From positions 1 to 54,988 of IMG/VR virus record IMGVR_UViG_3300012940_000004: DNA of 54,988 nucleotides. One strand, 5' to 3'. Below are positions 17,275-26,862 of this stretch, piece after piece. The position numbers and the translations under genes were made by a program. Numbering within the stretch: position 1 is the first letter of the stretch; the number at the start of each line of letters is the position of its first letter. The notes beneath the pieces are model-generated. The model did no database searches. It was not told the DNA's origin and was given only the letters and a program-made list of their open reading frames with translations. Source of the DNA: a virus (taxonomy: Duplodnaviria; Caudoviricetes).

Positions 17275-18672
17275 ATGCCTAGGATTCAAACTAAACAAGA
17301 GATGGTGCAAGTCATCGATGCGATGCGTGCCACTATGGATCTTGTAAGTTACAGAGGAATCATTTACGAGGCTCGTGATTACCTGACCAATGAGGCGCTA
17401 CCGAACCCGGAGAGGGCGATCTGGGTTCCACTGCTCGACGATGAGATCATTGATCTCACAGTCGGGATGGGGTTGCTGTTCTCATCACCAGGAGAATTCG
17501 CGAACTTCAAGTTCATGCTCCGACAGGTTACGACTCGCGCAAAGACAGCGGAGCCGTACGTCATCATCCGATATGGTGATGGTCTCGCATACATGACAGA
17601 CTACGGTCTACAACAAGTCGAGAAGCCTGGCTTTACGCCGAACTTTATCAATCACCAGGTAATCTCAGAAGACGACCCAGATTACCCACTCGTCAAGGAT
17701 CTCTTCGAGACCATCGCCAAGTGGGTGGGCGGCGAAGCTCAGGCACACAGTCTACTCTACCATCTCGCCACTGCCCTGCAACCCAGCTGGGCACCCGTCA
17801 AGTACATTCTTCTCTTGGGCAGTGGGCGAAACGGTAAGGGACTGCTACTTGCAATGTTCAGAAAGCTCCTCGGTGAGCGGAACGTGTCGGGTGTGCAGCG
17901 TCAAGCAATCGCGGCACAGCGTCCGATTCTCGCATCCCTCAATGGGAAGCTGGCAAATATTGTCTTCGATGGGCCGATGGCCTATATCGGTGACTCAGGA
18001 CCAGAAAAGACTCTGACCGCGGGCGAGCCACTGGATATCGAACTCAAGTATGAGAACACGCCGTTCACTGTTCAGACCACCGCTCTCTTTATAGAGGCGT
18101 TGAACAAGGAACCAAAGAGTCGTGACAAGAGCGCGGCACTGCAAGCTCGTATCGTTCGATACTACTTCCCGAACAGGTATGCTAAGGATCTGAACTTCGA
18201 ACACACGATGACCGCGCCTCGAATGCTCGACGCACTGCTCACTCTGCTCTGGGAACATTGGGTCACCGAGACAGAGATCGATTCGAAGCTCGCAGTCACT
18301 GACGAGAGCTTCGACCTGCAAACAGAGCACGACATGGATCGCAGTCCGATCCTGGCGTACATCGAAGAAACGAGCCGCAACAACATGAATCTGCTCGCAG
18401 ACCTCCAATCAGGTGGCTATCGTGCAGATGCGCTAGTTGACGCCCTCCACCCGTGGATGTCTACCCAGGGGTACGGAGAGCGAACCGCGACCGCTATCTG
18501 GGAGCAGCTGTCTGAACACTTCAAGATTGAGCGTAAAACGTTCCGAGAACCCGGAAGGGGGCCTGTTACCAGGCGTATCATTACAGAGGTTTACCCGAAC
18601 ACGCTGAGAGCATTGAAGGCTATGGAAGGAGCCAATAATGCAGAGGACGAAGCAGTGGTTCGAGAGGACTGA
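17275..18672 (+). CDS. D5-like superfamily 3 helicase
   Basis: Walker A GSGRNGKG, LNGKLANI, KTLTAGEP...KY, ARIVRYYFPN. Confidence 0.85.
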   Translation: MPRIQTKQEMVQVIDAMRATMDLVSYRGIIYEARDYLTNEALPNPERAIWVPLLDDEIIDLTVGMGLLFSSPGEFANFKFMLRQVTTRAKTAEPYVIIRYGDGLAYMTDYGLQQVEKPGFTPNFINHQVISEDDPDYPLVKDLFETIAKWVGGEAQAHSLLYHLATALQPSWAPVKYILLLGSGRNGKGLLLAMFRKLLGERNVSGVQRQAIAAQRPILASLNGKLANIVFDGPMAYIGDSGPEKTLTAGEPLDIELKYENTPFTVQTTALFIEALNKEPKSRDKSAALQARIVRYYFPNRYAKDLNFEHTMTAPRMLDALLTLLWEHWVTETEIDSKLAVTDESFDLQTEHDMDRSPILAYIEETSRNNMNLLADLQSGGYRADALVDALHPWMSTQGYGERTATAIWEQLSEHFKIERKTFREPGRGPVTRRIITEVYPNTLRALKAMEGANNAEDEAVVRED

Positions 18673-19468
18673 ACAGTACACTATCGACGACCCGCTCGCT
18701 GAGCGAGGCTGGCCTCAGACAATGGGGCTCACCCGTGTTCTCAAGAACAAGGAGGGTGAGCTAGTGACACAGTCCGGCTGGGGCAGTCGAGCATTCATGC
18801 GGAACTATGAGAGTGGTCGCTTCAAGCCCGACGCTATTCTCAAGGCATACCTTCAGTATGGACGACCGTTCGGCTTCATCATGCGAACACTCCCATACCT
18901 GTGTGTCGATATCGATGGTAAGAATGGTGGGATTCAAGCATCCAGCATTCTTCGCCTCACACCGACACTAGCTGAGATCAGCAAGAGTGGCAGCGGGTTT
19001 CATCTGTTCTATAGAATCCCGGAGGCTACCTGGGATGCGACACTCGGTTATAACGAGTTCGCAGACTTCAATGGTATCCTACCGGGAATCGATGTGCGCG
19101 CTGTTGGGATCGTGTATCACTATCGACAACAGCGCTGGAACAGTGAAGACATTGCGCCACTTCCGAACACGCTCCGACGGCTACTTGAACAGAAGACTGC
19201 GGAGCGGGAACGAGCCGAGACTCGACGTCAAGAACAGCTCTCGCTCGATCCAGAAGATCTCGCGATCGTTCGCTATGAGACCATCAAGAAACTCGAACGT
19301 CCGATCGAGGCTGGGAAACGCAACACTACATTGTTCGCACTCGGGTGTGAGCTCAAGCTGTACCAGGTTCCGGACTGGGAACAGCTGCTCTACATCAAGG
19401 GCGAGCGCGTAGGGCTGTCGGAGCGAGAGTTGTCACAGATCATTCGCAACGTCAAGCGTTACTCATGA
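18638..19468 (+). CDS. Primase-polymerase (AEP/prim-pol) with PriCT-like C-terminus
   Basis: LCVDIDGKNG, SGSGFHLFY, GIDVRA, GKRNTTLF. Confidence 0.85.
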   Translation: MQRTKQWFERTEQYTIDDPLAERGWPQTMGLTRVLKNKEGELVTQSGWGSRAFMRNYESGRFKPDAILKAYLQYGRPFGFIMRTLPYLCVDIDGKNGGIQASSILRLTPTLAEISKSGSGFHLFYRIPEATWDATLGYNEFADFNGILPGIDVRAVGIVYHYRQQRWNSEDIAPLPNTLRRLLEQKTAERERAETRRQEQLSLDPEDLAIVRYETIKKLERPIEAGKRNTTLFALGCELKLYQVPDWEQLLYIKGERVGLSERELSQIIRNVKRYS

Positions 19469-19470
19469 AG

Positions 19471-19516
19471 GTCGGGGGAGTTCCTTTCAGGGAATTCCCC
19501 CGACTTTTCTTTTTCT
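19471..19516 (+). terminator. Intrinsic terminator
   Basis: GTCGGGGGAGTTCC / GGAATTCCCCCGAC followed by TTTTCTTTTTCT. Confidence 0.85.
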
Positions 19517-19550
19517 ATTTAAAATAGAACTGAGCTTGGAAGGAGCTAAG

Positions 19551-20117
19551 ATGGCCGACGAGACGCCTGACATCGAAGCGATTCATCGTGAACTGCAGAA
19601 GCAGTTTAATCCTGCATCCAATAGGCGGTTTACAAGTACTGCTACTATCGAGAAGAAGGCAGAACAGGTAGAAGACAGGCTTCTACCTGATGACCAGCGC
19701 GGTCGCCTGCCAGTGACCCGTTCAGACTATGTAATCCCAGAGAACCCATTTCGAGTAGCCTGGGAGCGAGAGGTCCGCAAGTTCCTCTCAAAGCTGAACC
19801 ACAGTAAGGGCCACAAGATCACAGCACCAATGATCTATGAGTGGTGCACTGGTGTCAACCTCGTGGAGTTGGCTAAGGCCGAGGGCGTGGATCCTACCGC
19901 CTGGCGTGGTGGCGCACGCTGGGGCTCTGCCAATATTCATCTTCGACACATCAATGCGATCTTGACAGATTATTTTGGCAAGCCCCGAAAGACCACGATT
20001 GCCGGGCGGCATGTGGGCAGGGCGTACGACGTCCCGCCAGAGTTCCGAGTCTCTCGGAAGCGGCCGTCTACGATCACGCTCATTGTAGAGCGAGAGGAAG
20101 GAACCCTGAACCCATGA
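19551..20117 (+). CDS. Hypothetical basic protein (188 aa)
   Basis: TAAAAT at 19520, AAGGAG RBS. Confidence 0.75.
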   Translation: MADETPDIEAIHRELQKQFNPASNRRFTSTATIEKKAEQVEDRLLPDDQRGRLPVTRSDYVIPENPFRVAWEREVRKFLSKLNHSKGHKITAPMIYEWCTGVNLVELAKAEGVDPTAWRGGARWGSANIHLRHINAILTDYFGKPRKTTIAGRHVGRAYDVPPEFRVSRKRPSTITLIVEREEGTLNP

Positions 20118-20473
20118 GGAAGGATCAGCCCGGTTACCAGCAGTGGTACGAGCGACATCTCTTCATGGAACGGATTCGCAAAGCAAATATCGCGATTAAG
20201 AAGAACCCTGTCGTCGTACTGGATGATGATCAGCGCGGTGAGCTGCCTGACACTTGTCCCCTAGCAGAGCTCTATTACCATCCGAGCGACTGTAACTGTG
20301 GACCGTGCCAGAGCCCAATGAAGGGCGAGATCAAGAAGATTCATGCACTGACGAAGCCGCGTCCGCGGACTATACGATCATTGAATCCTGTTCCACAATT
20401 GCCTCGTCCGTTACTGCTCCGCCTTCAAGCCGTTGAAGCAGAAGTTCTATCGAGGGTAGATACGCGCCCATAG
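20114..20473 (+). CDS. Hypothetical protein, last gene of + arm
   Basis: ATGA coupling; C..H..CxCxxC; 3' end overlaps the convergent gene by 104 nt. Confidence 0.55.
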   Translation: MRKDQPGYQQWYERHLFMERIRKANIAIKKNPVVVLDDDQRGELPDTCPLAELYYHPSDCNCGPCQSPMKGEIKKIHALTKPRPRTIRSLNPVPQLPRPLLLRLQAVEAEVLSRVDTRP

Positions 20474-20705
20474 CTGCAGAGAGCACGAGGGTCGCGGCCA
20501 TCCTGTCCTGGATGTCTTTAGAGTTCGTCCGGATTGATTGCACAGTCGCGAGTCGCTGCATCCAGAGCCACTGGAATCGTGTGTCGTTCGAGGTTCGATG
20601 CTCAGCAGGAATCTCGCTCCTGAGACGACGAACGACTTCCTTAGCACCGATGTTATCATCGAGCACGGGGAAGTCCTCGTCAAGATCATCCGGCAACTGA
20701 CTCAC
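20370..20705 (-). CDS. Hypothetical protein downstream of terminase
   Basis: GGAGG RBS, in operon. Confidence 0.7.
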   Translation of the reverse strand: MSQLPDDLDEDFPVLDDNIGAKEVVRRLRSEIPAEHRTSNDTRFQWLWMQRLATVQSIRTNSKDIQDRMAATLVLSAAMGAYLPSIELLLQRLEGGAVTDEAIVEQDSMIV

Positions 20706-21006
20706 GAGGAGCCTCCAATCCTTGAGTCGTCAGATCATTGAAGATGATCTTGATTTCGTCACGAACAGCGGGCTTTGTACCGGCACGGCGAGTACCGGTC
20801 ATTCGGTTCAGAATGATCTTCTGGGCACGCGTTGCGCGAGCCATCGAGCCCTGTACACGAGCGTCAGGGTTGTTTGCGATCTCGAAGAGATTGCGACTGA
20901 CGAGTTCCCAGATGGGCATATCGAGCGGGGCGATGTCGGGATATTCTGGGTGCGCTGCGACGTATTCGAGTGCTTGCTTTACAGACTTGTGCTTTGCGAT
21001 CGGCAT
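20686..21006 (-). CDS. Hypothetical protein (possible terminase small subunit)
   Basis: AGGAGG RBS before ATG 21006; adjacent to terminase large subunit; function positional only. Confidence 0.6.
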   Translation of the reverse strand: MPIAKHKSVKQALEYVAAHPEYPDIAPLDMPIWELVSRNLFEIANNPDARVQGSMARATRAQKIILNRMTGTRRAGTKPAVRDEIKIIFNDLTTQGLEAPRESVAG

Positions 21007-21014
21007 GGTTCCTC

Positions 21015-22523
21015 CTACCAGGCGTCCGCCCAATCTTGCTTGTATGAATCCGTGGTCTGCTTCGCGTGAGTATCAAATGGCTGACCACCGAAGAAATCCA
21101 TCTCTAGCGTAGCCTGTACGAGATAGCGAAGAGCGTCCATGATGTGTGAGTACTTGTCGTGAACAGGGTACGGCGTCCACTCCTGCTTCCGATTGTCGTA
21201 CGCGTACTTGTAGTTCTCCATGCACTCAAGAACGAGGTCAGCATTCGGGCGAGTCAGGTTTCGAAGATTGTCACGGTCTTCACCGAGACCGTTGATGTAC
21301 GTGTTATAGAGCGCCATTCGAACTTGCTGCACCATCGTGATGATGTCAGAGTCGTTCGTGTTGGGCATACCTCGAACAGTCCAGATGTTCGTACCACGCG
21401 CCAAGACAGCAACGTTCGGGAAGCGCTCTCGCATCATGTCAGCTGGCGTTGTTCGTACAGCCTTCTCATGGTGCTCCGCATCCCACGGCAGAATGATGTA
21501 GGCGAGCTTGTTGAACCAGGGCTTTGTCTGTAGTACGTCGACATACTCGGGCAGGGCTTTTCCGTGCCCCTCACCTGCGTCATAGATGAAGATCTTGTTG
21601 TTGTACCACTGGAATGCGATCCACGCGGTCGCGTCAGACTGATACCCCGAAGCACCGATGTCGAAGACGACGTAGACCGGGTGGCCAGGATTCAGTTCAA
21701 AGGGTTGATTTCGTCCGTTCGAGATCAGGTTCGAGAGTGCCTCACCGTAGACAGCGGCAGCGTCCATTTCCTCGAAGGAGACATAGAACTCTTGCTCGAA
21801 CATGCGCGAGTTTCCGAAGCGTCGAAGATACATTTCTCGATCGATCTCGAGCTGCTCCTGTGTTCGAACTGGCGGCAGGCCTTCGCGCCGCTGCATCTCG
21901 TTTAGATCTTCGATCGTTCGGATGATGACCTGAGAGTCCTTACGATTCTCAACATCCTTCATCAGCTTCCACAGCGAGTTCTCACGCTTACCTCGCGGGG
22001 TAGCGACTGCCATGAGACGTTTGTCTTCACCCTCGTTCTCACTAGTGATGATGGGGAGCAGGCGCGGGATTGGATCCTCGCGCGTGAAGAGCGACAGCTC
22101 TGTGAAGAAGTAGTCCTGGAAGGCTGTACCGACACCATTCTCACCTTTGCCACTCTGGAAATAGCCTTCAAGCTTCAGGATACTCTTGTTCGTGAATCGA
22201 ACTTCGAGTGTCGTCTCTCGGAACTTCTGGACAAGCTCTTCAGGAATATTGTCCTGAAGCATGTTGATATGCTTCTGAGCAACCGGATCAAAGTACGACT
22301 TGTCCCACAGAATGTTCTTGATAGAGGGCCGGTCTGGTGCAATGTAGACACCAGTGGTTTTCGGGAACCGAAGCCGAGCCTCCGCCATTTCCATCGATCC
22401 GGCTGTATCCTTCCCGCACTGTCGGGGAAGGACCGCGACCCCGATCTTCTTCGAGCGCCACATGTCGTGGAGCTCTCGTTGATAGGTGCGCGGAACATAG
22501 TAACGCGGGAAGGATACAGCCAT
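21015..22523 (-). CDS. Terminase large subunit
   Basis: LPRQCGKD Walker A, ATPRG, FEQEF, VFDIG, LPWDA, HIMDALRY. Confidence 0.9.
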   Translation of the reverse strand: MAVSFPRYYVPRTYQRELHDMWRSKKIGVAVLPRQCGKDTAGSMEMAEARLRFPKTTGVYIAPDRPSIKNILWDKSYFDPVAQKHINMLQDNIPEELVQKFRETTLEVRFTNKSILKLEGYFQSGKGENGVGTAFQDYFFTELSLFTREDPIPRLLPIITSENEGEDKRLMAVATPRGKRENSLWKLMKDVENRKDSQVIIRTIEDLNEMQRREGLPPVRTQEQLEIDREMYLRRFGNSRMFEQEFYVSFEEMDAAAVYGEALSNLISNGRNQPFELNPGHPVYVVFDIGASGYQSDATAWIAFQWYNNKIFIYDAGEGHGKALPEYVDVLQTKPWFNKLAYIILPWDAEHHEKAVRTTPADMMRERFPNVAVLARGTNIWTVRGMPNTNDSDIITMVQQVRMALYNTYINGLGEDRDNLRNLTRPNADLVLECMENYKYAYDNRKQEWTPYPVHDKYSHIMDALRYLVQATLEMDFFGGQPFDTHAKQTTDSYKQDWADAW

Positions 22524-22532
22524 TGGAGTCTC

Positions 22533-23624
22533 CTAGACGATCATGCTGGACGGGAACCCGAGAGTCTGCCAGAAGGCTTCGTAGGACTCGACCGCCTCGC
22601 CCTGGCTGCCCGCCTTGCTAGGAATCCCGGCCTGCGGGAGGTCGGTCGATACGAACTGTCCCTGGTCGTTTCGAGCCTGCGCCTGCGCCTGTGCTGCTCG
22701 AGCTGCAGCCTGGGCAGCCGCTGTCGCACCAGACGCACCGCGTTGGGTAGCGAGCCGTGACCGAAGGTTGTTGATGAGCGGCTGAACATTGACGTGGTAG
22801 CCATACAGCTTACCGTCGATTCGGAACTCGTAGTCCTTCACGATACTCGCGAACTCGTCCGCGAGCTCTTTGTCGAACTCAGCAGTACCTGGAACCAGGT
22901 CTTGATTGTTCTGGAACATCAAGACGCTCTCCTGGATGACGGTCAGCATCTCCTTGGAGGCTTCACGCCGCTGTTCGATCTTAGAATCGATCTCCGCCTG
23001 AATGAGCGACTTAGCAGCTTCCTGCCATTCAGCCGCATCCTTCGAGTCGAGGATCTTCTCGGTTGCATTCGGGTCGCGAAGGCTCGGTACTTCCTGACCG
23101 ACGAGCAGCCGGGGATGCACCGAGAGCGGCTGCGTCCACCGCTCACCGATGAGATCATTGACCTCCTGAGTAGCCTGGCGCTTGAACGCTTCTGTGATGT
23201 TGGTATCGATCGCAGCGGCCGCCTCTGCGAACTTCGGAGCTACTTCGGCGTAGGTGAGTTGGGTTGTGCCTTGATGAGCTGTCCCAGGGTCATTTGATCC
23301 TGAACTGTCTGCAGGCGGCTCGTCGGGCTTGGCTCCGTCAGCGGCTCCTGCGCCAGTAGGATCTTGGTTGGGAGCATCAGTTCCGTCAGGGGTCGGAGCT
23401 CCACTTGCCGGTGCAGCAGGCTCTCCAGCGTTGTCTGCTGCTCCTTGACCAGTAGGAGCTGCCTCCGGAGTTCCAGCTCCAGCAGCTCCGCCATTTGCTC
23501 CGCTCTCGCCAGGCGTTTCTGTGTCCGACGGATCGTAGACTGAGTTCCACGCTTCCACAAACGCTGGGTCAACCGAAGGCTCCAGCGGGTTGCGACCAGG
23601 CGGCGTTCCGAGGACATCACTCAC
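22533..23624 (-). CDS. Putative scaffolding protein
   Basis: AAGGAG RBS before GTG 23624; long acidic disordered N-terminus then helical region; function inferred. Confidence 0.5.
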   Translation of the reverse strand: MSDVLGTPPGRNPLEPSVDPAFVEAWNSVYDPSDTETPGESGANGGAAGAGTPEAAPTGQGAADNAGEPAAPASGAPTPDGTDAPNQDPTGAGAADGAKPDEPPADSSGSNDPGTAHQGTTQLTYAEVAPKFAEAAAAIDTNITEAFKRQATQEVNDLIGERWTQPLSVHPRLLVGQEVPSLRDPNATEKILDSKDAAEWQEAAKSLIQAEIDSKIEQRREASKEMLTVIQESVLMFQNNQDLVPGTAEFDKELADEFASIVKDYEFRIDGKLYGYHVNVQPLINNLRSRLATQRGASGATAAAQAAARAAQAQAQARNDQGQFVSTDLPQAGIPSKAGSQGEAVESYEAFWQTLGFPSSMIV

Positions 23625-24327
23625 CAGACTCTCCTTCTGTATCATCGTGAGCAGGCACGCTGCCGCCCATCTCAACGATCAGTTCGTAGACGCGTGCACG
23701 CAGTCGCTCCTGGTCATCGACCGTGAAGTCGAAGTTCGCCAGGTGTCGCATCTGTTCCATGAGACCATTCGGTCCGATGGTACGAGCAGTGGCGATAGCC
23801 GTTGCGACGTGACGAATCGGCTTGTCTCGCATGTTGGAGTACTGCCACCGGTCGCCCCAGACGTTCGCGAGCGCAGACCAGCGTGCGATGACCTCCTCAT
23901 AGATGTGTCGGTTGAGGTTCCAGTCATCTTCTGCTGACTGATAGACCTCTTCACGAGATCGGGGCGGTGTCTCCTGAGCGGCTGCATAATCGATCGCCTC
24001 ATACAGAGTAGCGAGCGACTCTTCCGTCAGCTCGGCCAGGATCATTCGAGTCTTCTCGATGTTACCGTAACCGAGCCACGGCCACGTCGTCATGAAGTTC
24101 TCGTAGAGTGACATCGACGCGAGTTCACGGTGTCCAGTGATCTCGTCGATGAGCTGCGCCTCCCACATTTCGAGGAGGACGGTATCGTACAGCCCCTGCT
24201 GTGCACGGGCGAATGCCTCTGCCAGCTTCGGATCCTCACCGATGATGTCTTCGAGCAGCGCGGGCTGCTCCAGAGACTCTTCGTTAATGATCTCTTCGGG
24301 CATATTCGGCTGTTCGGTGTCGCTCAT
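23617..24327 (-). CDS. Hypothetical acidic protein
   Basis: ORF 236 aa, overlapping neighbours. Confidence 0.75.
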   Translation of the reverse strand: MSDTEQPNMPEEIINEESLEQPALLEDIIGEDPKLAEAFARAQQGLYDTVLLEMWEAQLIDEITGHRELASMSLYENFMTTWPWLGYGNIEKTRMILAELTEESLATLYEAIDYAAAQETPPRSREEVYQSAEDDWNLNRHIYEEVIARWSALANVWGDRWQYSNMRDKPIRHVATAIATARTIGPNGLMEQMRHLANFDFTVDDQERLRARVYELIVEMGGSVPAHDDTEGESGE

Positions 24328-25232
24328 TGCATGGGTCCAATCCGGAGAATGTTCTCTCGATATATGCGCTCGATGGTGTCACGAACGCTGTTGATGTCGT
24401 AGCAGAGGTCGTTGCCGACGTAGACGGTCTTGCACGTCGAGGGCACAAGATCCTTGCCACCGAAGTAGCGAAGGACATCCATCCGATCCAGTCCACGCTG
24501 ATCGCCGTAGACATGGATTCGGAAGTCCTGCAGGTTGGGATCGAGATAGATTCCGACCTGCCAAGACGGAAGAGTGACCTTCACTTCCATATCGACCGTC
24601 CGGTCGCCCGCGACCTCGAAGGATTCCTCAACGAGACCGAGCACGTTTCGTGTCGTGACAGTTCGAACACCCGTGTCCTTGTAGGAGAGCTTTCGGCGCA
24701 TTCGAGGCTTCGCGATCGCAGCCTTTCGAACCTCGTCCTGGAACCACAGACGGCCCCGAGAATCGATTCGAATCGGATCATCGGGACCGTGAGTATTGAT
24801 GTGCAGACCCGCGATCTCCTCTGCCTCGTCTGTGATGGGCAGATCGGGGTACAGCGAGCGCATCCGCTCCAGGGCACCGTCCGGCACCGGCAAGGCATCC
24901 AGGCCGTCCGGGGCAGGTTTGGCCAAGTCCGGCACCTCCTTGCTCGACTCTGGGGCCGAGGCGGGGGCACTGACCCAGGGGGCTGGGGCCACCGGCTCAG
25001 GGCCAGAGTCGGGCACCGTGGGCGCGGGAGCCGAGCTTCCCTCGACTTCCTTCGCCTCGTAGAGTTCGGCTGTCTCAGGATCGGGCGGCGATTCAATGAT
25101 GCTCTTTGCAAGCAGAGTATTGTACTCTACCTCGAGCTCAGGGACAGTCCACTGAACGTAGACCTTGTTTGCGGGTGGTGTCCACCCTGCTTCCTTTAGT
25201 TTGTTCCACAGTGTGGATTTGGGATCGGGCAT
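24324..25232 (-). CDS. Hypothetical protein with Pro/Ala-rich linker
   Basis: GAAGGAG RBS before ATG 25232. Confidence 0.75.
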   Translation of the reverse strand: MPDPKSTLWNKLKEAGWTPPANKVYVQWTVPELEVEYNTLLAKSIIESPPDPETAELYEAKEVEGSSAPAPTVPDSGPEPVAPAPWVSAPASAPESSKEVPDLAKPAPDGLDALPVPDGALERMRSLYPDLPITDEAEEIAGLHINTHGPDDPIRIDSRGRLWFQDEVRKAAIAKPRMRRKLSYKDTGVRTVTTRNVLGLVEESFEVAGDRTVDMEVKVTLPSWQVGIYLDPNLQDFRIHVYGDQRGLDRMDVLRYFGGKDLVPSTCKTVYVGNDLCYDINSVRDTIERIYRENILRIGPMQ

Positions 25233-25314
25233 CGCAGCTCCTTCGTACCGATGGGGGCCAAAACGCCCCATTTACGAGTATACCCCGAAATGGCCCCCAT
25301 CGGTCGAAGGGGCA

Positions 25315-26859
25315 CTAAGCCAGCTCCACCCCTGTGGCAGAGTACCAGTGCGCGTACGCCATACGATAGAATGCGAGTTGCGACGTTACGCCATCATCAT
25401 GGATGCAGATCTCGCCATCACGCGGAGCGAGGAACGGTGCCTCAGTGGTGAGATTGCGGATTGGGAGGAATGGCCACTGCCACTCGGGATACAGCCCGTC
25501 GTCGTAAACGGCTGTCAGGACGCGTCCCTGTTCAGGTGCAGGACCACGTCTCTCATCAATGAGGCTGTTCTCGAATTCCGATCCGCTCATGATGTCATAA
25601 ACGGATTTGAAGCTCCAGCCCTCTTCGAAGCTCGGGTTGTAGCCATTCCAACGCAGCAAGAAGTATCCATCTGCAGGGCCATCGGGCAGCGCAGGCCCCC
25701 ACTGAACAGATCGGCCCTCGCCATCATAGACGACCTTGAGAACAGCTTCCGACGTAGTATTATAGCCTGGGAGTTGTACCAAGTAGTACTCTGCGCGCTG
25801 GAATGCGACATCCTCGACAGAGCTACCTGACGTGACCCACTCACTATCGTTCCAATACAGGTAGTCGCCGTAGACTGTACCATCGGGCAGCCCACTCTCC
25901 GGCGTAGGCAACTGTGCAGGGAGCACCTTTCCGTCAGGACCGAGAGACGGCAGTGCAGCTCGCAGCACCCAGTCGCCTTCGCTCCACTGATACAGCCAGC
26001 CAGGGTACTCTGCAGAGTAGTCATACAGGAAGAAGTCACCGTCATTAACGGCAGCGATCACTCCGGAATCGTAAGCATTCGATCCGACATACAGCATAGT
26101 CGGGGTGAGCTGATCAGACGGGACGCGACTGTCAGCACCGAGGCTAGCTACTCCAGAGGCTGCACCCTTCTGAGTCAGCGGGATTGCCTCGTCTGCTGCC
26201 AGAGCTGCGCCAACAGCAATACCCTCTACCACGGCCAGGTCATCGATCGAGGCTGCACTGAGCTGAGTTCGTGCCGCTGCAGCATTCGCGATCGTGAGGA
26301 TCGTTCGACCCAGTGTCGAGGCGTCAGAGATCTGCGCCGCCGTGTGCGTGTGGACAGCAGGTGCCGCCTCGATGAGGCCCTGTGCAGCCGCTGCGTTTAC
26401 AGCGTGCATCAGGCCTGCGCCGATCATCGTCGTGTCACTGATGTCAGAGACGACGTGCGTGTGAACTGTAGCAGCAGCACCGATTTTGGAGCGTGCATCT
26501 GCAGCATCCACAGCCTTCATGAGCGCGATCCCGAGAGTCGTAGCATCCGAGATCTGACTGGCAGTGTGAGTATGCGTGGCAGCTGCAGCACCGATCTCGC
26601 TTCGAACCTCGCTCGCTGACTCTGTTCGAAGGATCGTCTTACCGAGCGTGGTCGCGTCAGTAATGGAGTCAGCAGTGATAGGCGCGGGCTCGGGGAGATT
26701 TGCCTCGATCAGTGTGACGAGTGATGCTTCACTGAGCCGTCCATTCAGAGTATCATCATGCTGGTTGATCTTCGTGACAAGCACGCCGAGGCCAGCGATC
26801 ATTTCGTCGCCCCAGTTGCGAAGCCCTTCAGTGGGCCAGGTCGGGTTGATATGAGACAT
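25315..26859 (-). CDS. Tail fibre protein with HxH repeats
   Basis: Three HTH..S.ISD.T.LG repeats, KGAASGVASLG..SRVP fibre motif. Confidence 0.75.
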   Translation of the reverse strand: MSHINPTWPTEGLRNWGDEMIAGLGVLVTKINQHDDTLNGRLSEASLVTLIEANLPEPAPITADSITDATTLGKTILRTESASEVRSEIGAAAATHTHTASQISDATTLGIALMKAVDAADARSKIGAAATVHTHVVSDISDTTMIGAGLMHAVNAAAAQGLIEAAPAVHTHTAAQISDASTLGRTILTIANAAAARTQLSAASIDDLAVVEGIAVGAALAADEAIPLTQKGAASGVASLGADSRVPSDQLTPTMLYVGSNAYDSGVIAAVNDGDFFLYDYSAEYPGWLYQWSEGDWVLRAALPSLGPDGKVLPAQLPTPESGLPDGTVYGDYLYWNDSEWVTSGSSVEDVAFQRAEYYLVQLPGYNTTSEAVLKVVYDGEGRSVQWGPALPDGPADGYFLLRWNGYNPSFEEGWSFKSVYDIMSGSEFENSLIDERRGPAPEQGRVLTAVYDDGLYPEWQWPFLPIRNLTTEAPFLAPRDGEICIHDDGVTSQLAFYRMAYAHWYSATGVELA

Positions 26860-26862
26860 GTA

